Shown piece after piece: positions 1 through 9,921 of a stretch of 64,000 nt of DNA. The stretch is from the IMG/VR virus record IMGVR_UViG_3300035208_000846, one strand, 5' to 3'. Under the pieces are notes generated by a model. It saw only the letters and a list, made by a program, of their open reading frames with translations. It was not told the origin of the DNA and did not search any database. Source of the DNA: an uncultured virus (IMG/VR IMGVR_UViG_3300035208_000846). Taxonomy: Duplodnaviria; Heunggongvirae; Uroviricota; Caudoviricetes. The translations under genes were made by a program, and so were the position numbers. Numbering within the stretch: position 1 is the stretch's first letter; every line of letters begins with the position of its first letter.

Positions 1-412
1 CCAGCCTCTCCGCTACCCACTTATTATACACAATGCCCAAGTTCCGCTTGGCCGCCTGAATCTTCAGGTGCTCAAGGATTTTGTCCATGTGCTGCTCGCA
101 GCCGTCCGGTCCCCAGCGGTCCATCTTTACCGCCATGTCCCGGCACTTGCATCCGTTCCGCTCGACGATGCCGATCTTGCCAAGGAGTTTCTTCAGTTCG
201 GTTCCGGGACCGCCACTGAGCCGCCTCTTCTGCAATGGCTGGTTGACTTGGCCAGGCCCCCGACCTTCCTCCCAGGCTTGCCAGTAATCAGGGTTATTTT
301 GGCAGAGTCGCACCCAATGGGCTGTCTTGCGGCACTGGTGCCGCTCGCACCAAACCCAACCTTCCTTGGGTATCTCACACTGGCACGCTGACGGGGGTGC
401 AATTGCCGACAC
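1..412 (-). CDS. Cys-rich hypothetical protein, runs off the window edge (not in the supplied ORF track)
   Basis: GTG at 410-412 overlaps the upstream TAG. Hand translation VSAIAPPSACQC...GPGTELKKLLGKIGIVERNGCKCRDMAVKMDRWGPDGC... is open to base 2. Confidence 0.65.
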   Translation of the reverse strand, partial: MSAIAPPSACQCEIPKEGWVWCERHQCRKTAHWVRLCQNNPDYWQAWEEGRGPGQVNQPLQKRRLSGGPGTELKKLLGKIGIVERNGCKCRDMAVKMDRWGPDGCEQHMDKILEHLKIQAAKRNLGIVYNKWVAERL

Positions 413-1563
413 TAGGACACATTCTCCGTTATCCAGACTCGTATATACACAGGGTTGATAGGTTCTAACGGCGGGTTGCAGGGGTCTGGGGTTAAGCAGC
501 ACGCCCACCCCTCTACATCTGGGCTGTCAAAGACTATCTCTAGTGGATCGCATTCAACGGATACCAGCGTAAATCCGGCGTCCGGAATTTCACCAACGCT
601 TGGGGGACATGGGGTATCGCCGCCTTCACCTTCTGTAGTTTGATACCACCCAAACTCGAATAGTGGACTGGTTCTGTTGGCGCCTTGCTGCTCAGCACAC
701 ACAAACCACAATCGACTATTAGCACTGAAACTCGGCAAACAATCGCAGAAGAGAACTTGGTCTGATCGCCAGACTCTTTGATTGTGCTTGAAACGGTACA
801 GTTCAAATTCTGCGGGGAACGTGATTTGTTGATCGCACGTTCCATAGATTACATCCATCGTAACGGTCAGTGTGTCGGCTAGGCAATTATAACCGCAGTT
901 GCAGCCACAGTCCGGGCACTCAGAATCCGTCCGGTAATGTTCACTCGCCTCAAAATAGTCAAACCAGATCGGAATTGCTCCGCCGCCATGTGCAATCCCC
1001 GCTCGGTTGGCCGGCGTCTTTGTGCGTGGGCCAACGCATCTGACAAATGTTTCAGCCGATGTCTGAGAGTCTACGCCGCATCTAATCAATGCGTCTCCGT
1101 CATACAGCACATACTGCTGGATACCACCGCCTTCCGTAAACGGAATGTAATTGAAACCCGGACATTCCGGGTTTAGATCTGGCAAGTCGGAGGTTTCGGT
1201 TGCCACACCATCAACAACCTCACCGAAAATCGTCTCCCAAATTTGATCCGCGAATTCATCCACTGGGGCAACGAACTTGGCATAGAGGTAGTTGTTTGCG
1301 TCGTACCAAGCCAATAGATATGTGTACGCGTCGCCATATTGTGCATTTACGCCACGAGCAGTAACCCACATCGTGCCGTTTGCGTCGGGAAAATTTTGAA
1401 CGTGAATTGCGTATCCAGAGGTTCCCTTAGCCTTATTGCTGGAAATCTCCCAAGTTCCAGTAATGTCCCAATTCGCCCCAAGGTCTTCGGCATCTGCACG
1501 ATTGAAGTCGTCAGTCACGGTCACGCATTCGCCTTCACAACAACACCGCCGCCTTCCGCCCAT
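412..1563 (-). CDS. Cys-rich putative virion/tail-tip protein with lectin-like beta domain
   Basis: 383 aa; N-terminal RRCCC, DDFNRAD...GANW motif, many Cys; last genes of the structural operon. Confidence 0.6.
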   Translation of the reverse strand: MGGRRRCCCEGECVTVTDDFNRADAEDLGANWDITGTWEISSNKAKGTSGYAIHVQNFPDANGTMWVTARGVNAQYGDAYTYLLAWYDANNYLYAKFVAPVDEFADQIWETIFGEVVDGVATETSDLPDLNPECPGFNYIPFTEGGGIQQYVLYDGDALIRCGVDSQTSAETFVRCVGPRTKTPANRAGIAHGGGAIPIWFDYFEASEHYRTDSECPDCGCNCGYNCLADTLTVTMDVIYGTCDQQITFPAEFELYRFKHNQRVWRSDQVLFCDCLPSFSANSRLWFVCAEQQGANRTSPLFEFGWYQTTEGEGGDTPCPPSVGEIPDAGFTLVSVECDPLEIVFDSPDVEGWACCLTPDPCNPPLEPINPVYIRVWITENVS

Positions 1564-1564
1564 A

Positions 1565-2068
1565 CTATGCCTCCGCGCAAGGATCGGTTTCCGGCGTCAG
1601 GCACGGCAGGTCTTCATCTTCTGTGTTGCATGTCCCCGGGCTCTCGCAATCCAGACTCACGCAGACGTAGATGTAACCGCTGTCAGTCCAGGTGCTCTCC
1701 ATCCTCTTGAACCAGCCCCGGGCTCCCGCCTCAGTCGGGTAGGGTACGCCGTAATGGAAGTCGATGCCTGTCTCGTAATCCGTCTCCAGCGTGTCGCAGT
1801 CGAACCGGAACTTATGTTCGGCCGGACACCACGTTCCGACGATGATGTCAAAACACGTATTCTGCCCGGGGTGCGCCTCCATCAACATGCACCAGTACAA
1901 CTCGTCATCAGCCGGAACAACTTCCCTCGGCGGCATGACAACATGGCCAGCGCCAACGACACCGAGATCGGGAACGTGCTGGTGCTCAGCAAGTTCTTGG
2001 AGTGCAACGAGGTATCGCCGGCTGATCCGTTCGCCAACTTGAGGCGGTTGAATGTTCACGTCTTTCAT
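1565..2068 (-). CDS. hypothetical protein (tail region)
   Basis: 167 aa, tightly packed in the minus-strand operon. Confidence 0.6.
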   Translation of the reverse strand: MKDVNIQPPQVGERISRRYLVALQELAEHQHVPDLGVVGAGHVVMPPREVVPADDELYWCMLMEAHPGQNTCFDIIVGTWCPAEHKFRFDCDTLETDYETGIDFHYGVPYPTEAGARGWFKRMESTWTDSGYIYVCVSLDCESPGTCNTEDEDLPCLTPETDPCAEA

Positions 2069-2820
2069 GCGACGTTCCTCAACACCTCGAAGTTAGCCGT
2101 GGGATAGGCCAAGTCACCAGCCGCGTTGTAGATGTACTGCCAGCCGTTCTCCGTCCAGTCCTTCGTCCATGGCTGATAGCGGTACTTGAAGGTGTAGAGC
2201 AGTTTGAACGTCTGCGTCTTGCCGAGTCGGGCCACCTTGTTTGGCGACGGCCCAAAAAACGCCAAGGTCTGCGCAGGGAATGTGATTCCCAACAGGTAGG
2301 TCTGGAACGCCGCCGCATTGCAGGTTCCCATGATCGCCAGCGAAGCATCCGTCGCCGCTATTAAGTCATGGAATTCCAGGCGGTAATCCAAATTACCCGC
2401 CAGGACGTGCATATCCCGCCTCGGATTCGCACCGCTCGGGGAACCAACATGCAACTGCTCCTTCGGCAACAACTTGTACTCCATCGAAGGGTACAGCGTC
2501 TCAATAACCATCCGGCCGTTGATCGCTTCCGGCGCGTACGGGTGGAGCGCATACGTCACGGTGACAATCGCCGTGTCGTAACTCATCTGGTCGGCCGTGC
2601 TGCCGACCGCCGGATTGTCGTTGAACGGAATCACCGTCGCCCCAACCGCCCGTGCTCCCGTACTCGTCCGATAAGGATACGTCGCCCCGGTGTTCGCTAC
2701 GTACTCCAGCAATGAGTACCGATCGGTCCATGCGCACATCAGCCGTCGCTTGGCCTCGAAGAAGCCATCCGTTCCCCACTGCTCGACCGGCGAGTTTTCC
2801 AATTCGTAGAACGCGACCAT
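2065..2820 (-). CDS. putative tail protein
   Basis: 251 aa, aromatic/beta-rich, coupled to both neighbours. Confidence 0.55.
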   Translation of the reverse strand: MVAFYELENSPVEQWGTDGFFEAKRRLMCAWTDRYSLLEYVANTGATYPYRTSTGARAVGATVIPFNDNPAVGSTADQMSYDTAIVTVTYALHPYAPEAINGRMVIETLYPSMEYKLLPKEQLHVGSPSGANPRRDMHVLAGNLDYRLEFHDLIAATDASLAIMGTCNAAAFQTYLLGITFPAQTLAFFGPSPNKVARLGKTQTFKLLYTFKYRYQPWTKDWTENGWQYIYNAAGDLAYPTANFEVLRNVA

Positions 2821-3764
2821 CAGGGAACAACTCCTCCTACGCTGGGCAATTGCTGAACGATTGACTCCAACGCGGCAATCATCATCTCCTGTTGCCGCTG
2901 GATCGTTTCGAGCGACGCAACGCCTTTGTCCACCATCCGCATGATCGCCTCGACATGCTCGGCCGTGAGCGGGGTTGCCTCGCCAGTCGGCCGTGATTCC
3001 TGCTGTCGCAGTTCGTCTGCCAGACTCAGCCGATCAGTCCGCGGTGGTGCCAGTTTCGTTCCCCGAGGCGGTTCCGGCATCTCCATGCCTTCCATCTCGG
3101 GCGGAACCTTCACGCGGGTTGATCGGGGAACCGAAGTGTCTTCGCCCAGGTCAGTGAACGCCCTTTCGACAACGCTCGCCGCAACCGGGGCCTTTCCCTC
3201 AAAGGTGAAGTCCTCGAAGACGGATTCTTCCGCCTTGGGTTCAGCCGGCGGTTTCGTCTCCTTCGGCGTCTCGATCGGGGCCGGCTGGCTGAACTGGAAC
3301 TTGCTGGCGGCGGCCAACAGGTCGGCGGCGTCCTGGAATTCAGCCGGTTTGGCTGTCGTCTCTTCCGCGACGGGCGCTTTGGCTGGCGTTGGCTGGCTGA
3401 CCTCGAACTGCTGGAGGATCGACCGTTCAGAAGTCTCGGTACTCTCAGGAGGTTGCGTTACCGGCTGGGTTTCAGGAACGGTAACGCCCGGCGTCTCGCT
3501 GAACGTGTATTTCTCCAGAGCCGCCGCTCCGGGCTCGCTGGTCGCTGGGAGAGGCGACGTTGGCGCGGAGTCCCGGAGCGGCGCGGGCTGGGAGAATATC
3601 GAGAACTGGTCCTCTTTCTCTGTCGTTGCCTCGTCCCGAGTCTTGGCGACCCGCTCGGCAATTTCATCCCTCTTCGCCTTCGAGTCGATAACCCAAAGGC
3701 GAAACTTTTCAAACTCTTCTTCCGCTCGTCGCCAGAATTCTGCAAACATTAGCTGAAAGGCCAC
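2820..3764 (-). CDS. Pro/Glu-rich hypothetical protein in the tape-measure position
   Basis: 314 aa, low complexity, repeated FSQPAP; follows the tail-tube-like gene. Confidence 0.5.
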   Translation of the reverse strand: MAFQLMFAEFWRRAEEEFEKFRLWVIDSKAKRDEIAERVAKTRDEATTEKEDQFSIFSQPAPLRDSAPTSPLPATSEPGAAALEKYTFSETPGVTVPETQPVTQPPESTETSERSILQQFEVSQPTPAKAPVAEETTAKPAEFQDAADLLAAASKFQFSQPAPIETPKETKPPAEPKAEESVFEDFTFEGKAPVAASVVERAFTDLGEDTSVPRSTRVKVPPEMEGMEMPEPPRGTKLAPPRTDRLSLADELRQQESRPTGEATPLTAEHVEAIMRMVDKGVASLETIQRQQEMMIAALESIVQQLPSVGGVVP

Positions 3765-4552
3765 TTCTCAGTGAGTGCGGGATTCTTAACCGATCCGGTT
3801 GCCGTGCCGTTCTGGCCGTTGAACTCGAAGAACAACTTCACCCCGACGTTCTCCTGGGTTTCCGTGTTGACGATGGCTTCCAGTCGAACCATCTTCATCC
3901 ATTCCAGATCCCAATTCGTCGCGTCTGTAACTTCCAACTGCATCCGGTAGTCCGTCTCGACCGCCGGCAGCGTCGTCGGGTCGCTGAAGTAGCGATGGTA
4001 TTCCAGAGCGGCATCGAACGCCCCGCGATTCCGTTTCCGGCCGCCGGATGTGCTCGACGACACATACGGCCTCCCCGGACACCGCATAATCAGATGGGCG
4101 AATCGGACATCGTTCTCGTCAACCTCACCCCGGATCACGGTCAACGATTCGGGGCATGGCGGACTCGGGACGGTCGTGTCGCTGTAGACGGCCGCACCTT
4201 TGGTCAGCGTGCCGTTCCGGCTGAAGTGAACCGCATATTGGATGTACTGGTTCTTCTCGACATCGAGAACAATGTCGATCTGTTCACAGTAAGCTCCGTT
4301 CTCCTCGCTGTACCAGCCAAGCGCTCCGTCCATGCTGGCAGCGAAGGTGAAGAAGTCTCCTGGGAACACGGCCGGCGTGTGGCCGTACCCAAGGTAGATG
4401 CCCTTCCAATCGTCGATGCCGCACTTCCGTCCGGTGCCAGAATCGGTATTGCTGGCCACGTAAGGAGTCAGTTCGCTCAACTCCTCGATCTGCCACATAC
4501 GGAGCGTGTTTTCCCCGTTGACAGTCATATTCAGACCAGTGATAACGCCCAT
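3749..4552 (-). CDS. putative tail tube-like protein
   Basis: 267 aa with two related halves (PYVASNTDSGTGRK / PYVSSSTSGGRKR); position after the neck genes. Confidence 0.5.
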   Translation of the reverse strand: MGVITGLNMTVNGENTLRMWQIEELSELTPYVASNTDSGTGRKCGIDDWKGIYLGYGHTPAVFPGDFFTFAASMDGALGWYSEENGAYCEQIDIVLDVEKNQYIQYAVHFSRNGTLTKGAAVYSDTTVPSPPCPESLTVIRGEVDENDVRFAHLIMRCPGRPYVSSSTSGGRKRNRGAFDAALEYHRYFSDPTTLPAVETDYRMQLEVTDATNWDLEWMKMVRLEAIVNTETQENVGVKLFFEFNGQNGTATGSVKNPALTEKWPFS

Positions 4553-4562
4553 CGCATTGCTC

Positions 4563-5093
4563 CTACGTGGCAGTTAAATCGCTCGTATCAAACCAAACGT
4601 CGGTCTCGCCGTGCCAGACCGATACCCAGCCGACCGGCGTGTTGGTGTACTTGTTCTCTCCGACCTCATCCCGCGTCTGCATCGCTCGGAACCGTCTGAC
4701 CGAGGCCGGCTTATCCGTATCCCAGGTGAAGTCCCAGATCGTATCCTTCCATCGCGTCGTTGCCCGGTAGATGGCAAACCAAACATCGAAGAACTTACTC
4801 ACATCCTCCGTTGCCAGCCGCCGATCAGCCGATTCGATTTCGACTGACCACCGCATGACGATCATTGAACTGTTGCTGGTGCGGTACGCCCACGGCCTGC
4901 CCTCCAATGGCCGAATCCGCACTCGCGGAAAGTCGCTCGTCAGGCCGCCATCAAGCTCAATTGCCCTGTCAGTGGTGTCCGTATACTTGACGCGGTTGTC
5001 CTCCGGAACGGCCGTTGTGAAGTCCGTATCCGCTTCCAGAAGCGTCCACATGGCGTTGTAGACTTGCCACAGTGGATTGTCAGGATTTGACAT
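4563..5093 (-). CDS. putative tail completion/terminator-like protein
   Basis: 176 aa; synteny; DFPRVRI motif. Confidence 0.45.
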   Translation of the reverse strand: MSNPDNPLWQVYNAMWTLLEADTDFTTAVPEDNRVKYTDTTDRAIELDGGLTSDFPRVRIRPLEGRPWAYRTSNSSMIVMRWSVEIESADRRLATEDVSKFFDVWFAIYRATTRWKDTIWDFTWDTDKPASVRRFRAMQTRDEVGENKYTNTPVGWVSVWHGETDVWFDTSDLTAT

Positions 5094-5461
5094 TAGGTTC
5101 CCCCGTCCCAGCAGCGGACCAACACGTTACAGTTGGCCGTATCCGCCTTGGCCATGACCGTGATCCCCGGTTTCAGCCGGACCAGGGCGGCCTCGCCGGG
5201 CAACAGTTTCCCCATCTCGACCATCCCACCGCTGTCCGGCCCGAACGTGATGAAGTTCGTCGCATCCAGGTTGACCAGATACAGATACCCGAGCGTTGCC
5301 ACATCGCCGAAATCTACAGCTTCTTCGCTGGTTCCGATGATCTGAATCCCGCCGCCTTCGCCTGCCGTATTCAGGTCGAGCGTCCAGGACTTATTGATGT
5401 TGCAGACGTAGAAGTCCTTACTGATATTGATGGCCATTGCCAACTGGATCTCATCTGCCAT
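5093..5461 (-). CDS. hypothetical virion protein
   Basis: 122 aa beta-rich (GYLYLVNLDATNFI). Confidence 0.55.
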   Translation of the reverse strand: MADEIQLAMAINISKDFYVCNINKSWTLDLNTAGEGGGIQIIGTSEEAVDFGDVATLGYLYLVNLDATNFITFGPDSGGMVEMGKLLPGEAALVRLKPGITVMAKADTANCNVLVRCWDGGT

Positions 5462-5466
5462 GACTT

Positions 5467-5865
5467 CTACCCCGTATGTTCGATCGCGTTGATCCGGATA
5501 TTCCCATCCCGCACGTCAGCCAAAAACTGCATCGCATCGACGTAATGCCAGCGGAGCTTGTTCTGCGGAATCCCGTTGCGGTCCATGTCGTCAACCCCCC
5601 GGGACTGATACAGCCAGACGCCAGCCAGACATGCCGCGCAATCCTTGACCTCGGTAGGGGTCTCCCCGTCTTCATCAACAACCGGAATCCGATACCCGCC
5701 CTTGCGGAAGTAAGCGTCCATCTTTGCCCCGACCCCGGCGATTGCCCGCGTGATCCGTGCCGTGATCTGTGCGGCGCTGTAGCCGGTTTCGAGCTTCGCC
5801 CAGGTTTCGACGTTGCTCACGCCGAAGTGGTCTTCAATGTCAGACTGTGTGCAATACGTGCTCAT
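5467..5865 (-). CDS. Mu gp36-like (DUF1320-type) head-tail adaptor
   Basis: MSTYCTQSDI...AKMDAYFRKGGYRIP...LAGVWLYQSR...AMQFLADVRDG pattern. Confidence 0.7.
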   Translation of the reverse strand: MSTYCTQSDIEDHFGVSNVETWAKLETGYSAAQITARITRAIAGVGAKMDAYFRKGGYRIPVVDEDGETPTEVKDCAACLAGVWLYQSRGVDDMDRNGIPQNKLRWHYVDAMQFLADVRDGNIRINAIEHTG

Positions 5866-7037
5866 TCTTCCACCGTGTATTCGGTCGTGATCGGCCGGAG
5901 CGGGATCAGCGATTCATGGCCGGCAACCCGGCGCCGCTGCGTGTACCGATTGGAACCTGCTCTGGCACGCATCAGGGCTTCACGGCAGCGTGCCGCATCA
6001 GCCTGCGTGTACTTCCCGGACTCGTGGAGGAGTTCTTTTTCGGCCAGCCTGAGAAACGCGGGGACCGCTCCGGGGTCGATGTCCAGCGGTTCCGTGACTG
6101 TGTACTTCACCCCGCTCCGCGTCGTCTGGACAACAGCGTCCAGTTCGATCGTCGTCGTGTCTGTGACAACCATGATCGACCGCTGCTCGACCCACGGTTG
6201 CTGACCGGCAACCCCGGTTGGGGCAATCGTTGCACTGTCCCCAATCCGGATGATGCAGCCTTCCATCAGGGACTCGAATGCCGTACTCGTACCCGTCACG
6301 TCCGCCGAGTTGTACGTAACTGCAATCGTGCCTTGGGAACACTTCTTTTCGTGCCCGGTGTACCGCATCTGCCGTGGCTTGCAGCGGTAGATGAAGTCCA
6401 CAGTTTGGGCCGTACTAGCCGGCGGCCAGATGTAAAGAGCGAACCTCCCGTAGGCGTCGGGGATCGGTCCAATGCTCCAGATCGCCGGCTCCCCGGAGTC
6501 TGGTGAACTTCGCATCCGTGACAGCAGTTCCTCCATCGAGACGTGCGCCCCCAGAATCGTGTGCGTCTCTTCCGGCATCGGGTCGGACAGCGACATGAAA
6601 TCGTCGGGGAGTGCGTAGTATCTCGGGAACGCCTCGTAAGACGTTGCTGCGTCAATGTCGGCTGTTGGGGCCTGATCCGGATCGATGGTGACGACGGTAT
6701 CCGATTCCCGGCTGGCGATGTCGTAAACGATTCCGTCGATCGCTACGCTCCAGTCGATTGCGTTGTCGTCCCAAGTTGAATCCGTCAGCGTCAGTTCCCG
6801 CTCGTATGTTCCTCCCGTCGAGTCATAGGCAATCGTGCCGGTAGATGCTGCCGCCACCAGATTGATCCGGCAGGTCTTGCGAGCGAACAGCCATTGGTAG
6901 GACTCGGAGATTTCCTGATAGGCGGACAGCAATGCGCCCCGCAGCGTCGGCATGTTGTGACTATTCAAGCCACGGTTCGCCGCGTATCGCTGCAAGTGCT
7001 CCATCGCGTCGTAGTAAGTGAAGATTTCTCGTGCCAT
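5862..7037 (-). CDS. head-tail adaptor protein with inserted beta-rich domains
   Basis: 391 aa; YALPDDF, LYIWPP, FIYR motifs of phage adaptor proteins; two GTIA-containing inserts. Confidence 0.55.
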   Translation of the reverse strand: MAREIFTYYDAMEHLQRYAANRGLNSHNMPTLRGALLSAYQEISESYQWLFARKTCRINLVAAASTGTIAYDSTGGTYERELTLTDSTWDDNAIDWSVAIDGIVYDIASRESDTVVTIDPDQAPTADIDAATSYEAFPRYYALPDDFMSLSDPMPEETHTILGAHVSMEELLSRMRSSPDSGEPAIWSIGPIPDAYGRFALYIWPPASTAQTVDFIYRCKPRQMRYTGHEKKCSQGTIAVTYNSADVTGTSTAFESLMEGCIIRIGDSATIAPTGVAGQQPWVEQRSIMVVTDTTTIELDAVVQTTRSGVKYTVTEPLDIDPGAVPAFLRLAEKELLHESGKYTQADAARCREALMRARAGSNRYTQRRRVAGHESLIPLRPITTEYTVEE

Positions 7038-7585
7038 CAGTCTTCCCCGGAAAACTTGGCTGTCAGGTTCTCGCGTAACTCAGCCGTTTCTTTCGCCGAC
7101 AGGGGACCGTGCTCGTCCTGAATCTCGGCAATCTCTTCCTCAACGAAATTGGGATTGCACTGGTAGGGTTCCGGTTCCGTGTCGCTCTTTCGCGGCGTAA
7201 CGTTGATCGAGCCTTTGCATCCCCACCCCTTCTCAACGCAACGGTTCTGAACGTCTGCCCGGCTCGATACCCAAGCTCGCGGGTCGTATGGGTCATTCCC
7301 CTCTGAGTCAACGAGGCCAGGGCAGAAGCGTTTGCCTGCGACGCTCACGCCTAATTCCTTGGCTCGTGCCCTGGCCAGCTTCCTTGTTCGCTCATCGCCC
7401 CCGAAGCCATCGTTGACGTGACTACCGATCATGAATGTCGTGTCAGTCACCAGGCCGTGAACCGGGTTGGTCTGCATCAACTTCCGGCCACAACGCGGAC
7501 AGTAAAGCTCCTGCTCATCTTTTCCTCGCTGGTGAATCAACCGCCGGTAGCGGCATTTCCAACACTTATAGACGAACTCACTCAT
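7037..7585 (-). CDS. zinc-ribbon protein (FmdB-like N-terminus)
   Basis: YKCWKC...CPRCG; typical position after the portal. Confidence 0.6.
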   Translation of the reverse strand: MSEFVYKCWKCRYRRLIHQRGKDEQELYCPRCGRKLMQTNPVHGLVTDTTFMIGSHVNDGFGGDERTRKLARARAKELGVSVAGKRFCPGLVDSEGNDPYDPRAWVSSRADVQNRCVEKGWGCKGSINVTPRKSDTEPEPYQCNPNFVEEEIAEIQDEHGPLSAKETAELRENLTAKFSGED

Positions 7586-9498
7586 TCCACGACCTCAGCT
7601 TCTTGTGGTTCCTCTTGTTCCGGCCCCGGCAGCATTGGTTGCATCTGCAACTGGGGGAGCATCAGCCCGTTCGTACTCAGCCCCATCGGCTCGCCAATCA
7701 TGTGAATCAGATTGTTGACTTGCGCTGGATCGCCCGTCGTCTGGTAGACCTGAAGCAGCGGCCCGAGCAGAATCTGTGCGATGCTCTGGACCTCGGCGAA
7801 TTGCTGACTGCGGTTCTTCCGGCGTGCGGTTCCGGCTTCGACCGTGTAGTCGTATTCGCCGGCCGCCAGCACCGGGTCCGCCTGTGTGATAATTGTGCCC
7901 CAGAAGAATGACAGCGGCGTGGACATGTCTGGCACGCCGCCTTCCGGCATCGGTTCCCCGAACAGATGGAACGGCGGGGGAACGTACATCCGGGTCAGGA
8001 TCGCTTCCTTCGCAGCGATGTCCGACATGAACGCCTCGACGCAATCCGCCATATCCTCCGGCCGGCTGGTGACGTGGCCTTCCCTGATCTCGGCTTCTCT
8101 CGCCGATCGGTATTGAAAATTCGATTCGCCGTGCATCAACGGCGACATGCCGGATGCACGCTCGAACCGGGACTCTGCCAGTTCAATCACGTTGAAGAAC
8201 TCGGCCCTCAGTTCCGGGAACTGGATTACGTGGATCAGCTTCGTGATGTCTTCCAGCGTTTCCAGCGAGACGGCGACCGTCTCTTGATCTACGCCGCTTT
8301 CAATCGCGTCCCAGACTTCCTGCTCCAGAGCGGAGGCGACTAGGATAATGTCCCGACTGGTGGCTCGGACCCGTCCCAACAGGAACGACCAGGCATGGTC
8401 GAGGAACACCAAGAGCGGCAACGCACCCTTGAGCGGACTGGTTGACCAGGGGTTCTCGCTGTTCGGGAAGTAATCCAGCACGGTGCAAGGCCACGGGTCG
8501 TAATTCTCGTAGAGCGGGATCGGCCATTCCAACCGCGCCTTGATCTCTTCCCCAACCGATTCAACCGCCAACTTGTCCGGTGCCAAGTTCAGCGGGTAAT
8601 CCATTCCCGGCACGATAACCAGGAAGGCGTGTTGAACATCGGCCAGTGCGTCTCGCTGTGACAGCAATTCTTCGCTCGCCGATGGCAACTGCATCCCCAA
8701 GCCAATCCGGCTGTAGACCTCGTAATATTCCACGATGTCCCCGGTCGTCTCGTCCGGATCAGTCGGCCGTCCTGCCTCTCGTTCCTGATGACCCCAAACA
8801 GCCTGCGCCATGTGGGAGGCGAACTTGGCCCTCATCAACTTGGCGTCTACGCCGTAGATTTCTTCGAGTCGCCAGGCACTCGCCCGCCGCTTGCGTGCAA
8901 TCCATGCCGCCTCGCGCAGTGATTCGGTGTCCGGGTCGATAACCAAGGACTGAACAGTATCATGCTGGGTGACCGGCATGATTGAGTTGCCGTCCTCATA
9001 GAGTGCGTGCCAGACCACCTGCCGACCTTTGACGAGCGATTCCGGCAGGCCGCGTCGAATCTCCGTCGCCAACTTGTACTGGCTCGGCGTCCAATTCAAA
9101 TACCAAGTCAGCATGTATGCCCCGAGCCGTTCCGCCATCGGTAACGGCAACCCGGCTTTCATGATCGCCATCGGGTTGAACAGCGGCATCAATTCCGGCG
9201 GAAGATCAGGACGACGCGGCGACGCCAGCCGATGTGGCACTTGAGCAAAAATGTATGGCATCATCAGTGCCACGTATTCCTGCGCAAGATTACGGCGAAC
9301 TTTATGACGAGGCCCCGCCGCGTCGTGGAATGCCCGCGGTTCATCATCCTCCGAACCGCTCATGTGCAGTTGTTGGTATGACTTGCCCAGGAAGCCCCAG
9401 ATGCGATCGGCCTGCTCGCCGAACTGCCGACGCTTACACTTCTCGGCAGTCTTGAGTTGCCGTTCCCATAAATCTGTGAGACTTCTGAGCCAAGACAT
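7582..9498 (-). CDS. portal protein
   Basis: ~640 aa helical protein downstream of TerL; SGMS...G, SAREA and YDYTVEAGT motifs, Q/P/M-rich tail; start inferred at MSWLRS. Confidence 0.8.
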   Translation of the reverse strand: MSWLRSLTDLWERQLKTAEKCKRRQFGEQADRIWGFLGKSYQQLHMSGSEDDEPRAFHDAAGPRHKVRRNLAQEYVALMMPYIFAQVPHRLASPRRPDLPPELMPLFNPMAIMKAGLPLPMAERLGAYMLTWYLNWTPSQYKLATEIRRGLPESLVKGRQVVWHALYEDGNSIMPVTQHDTVQSLVIDPDTESLREAAWIARKRRASAWRLEEIYGVDAKLMRAKFASHMAQAVWGHQEREAGRPTDPDETTGDIVEYYEVYSRIGLGMQLPSASEELLSQRDALADVQHAFLVIVPGMDYPLNLAPDKLAVESVGEEIKARLEWPIPLYENYDPWPCTVLDYFPNSENPWSTSPLKGALPLLVFLDHAWSFLLGRVRATSRDIILVASALEQEVWDAIESGVDQETVAVSLETLEDITKLIHVIQFPELRAEFFNVIELAESRFERASGMSPLMHGESNFQYRSAREAEIREGHVTSRPEDMADCVEAFMSDIAAKEAILTRMYVPPPFHLFGEPMPEGGVPDMSTPLSFFWGTIITQADPVLAAGEYDYTVEAGTARRKNRSQQFAEVQSIAQILLGPLLQVYQTTGDPAQVNNLIHMIGEPMGLSTNGLMLPQLQMQPMLPGPEQEEPQEAEVVE

Positions 9499-9499
9499 G

Positions 9500-9892
9500 C
9501 TACGACCTCGCTTGCAACGCACGCTCCAGGCCGGTGATTCGCTTCAGCAGCTTCTCTACCGTCTCTTCGAGCAAGTTGATTTTCTGCTCTGCGGCGCGGA
9601 TCATGACTTCGCGTTTCGAGAGGCGGAACACGCCGCGGCGCTCCTCGCTGTTGATGATCCCGGGGTTCGTCTTGATGCGCGGATCATTTTCGTACCAGCA
9701 ATCTTCGAGCAAGCCACGGCGGACGACTCCGCCGCCCGTACCCATGAACCAAATGTCTGCGGACTTGCGGCGGGGAGTGACGATCACGCCCCAATCTGCG
9801 TAGGTGAATGCAGGGTCCAGGCAAACTTCGACCTCCGTACCGCAGAACAGTTCCGGCGTATCGAATTCGTGCATTCCGTCGATCGTTGACAT
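9500..9892 (-). CDS. hypothetical protein with C-terminal coiled coil
   Basis: 130 aa between TerL and portal. Confidence 0.6.
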   Translation of the reverse strand: MSTIDGMHEFDTPELFCGTEVEVCLDPAFTYADWGVIVTPRRKSADIWFMGTGGGVVRRGLLEDCWYENDPRIKTNPGIINSEERRGVFRLSKREVMIRAAEQKINLLEETVEKLLKRITGLERALQARS

Positions 9893-9921
9893 AACACAAC
9901 TCCAAGGAGGGTAGAGGGACT

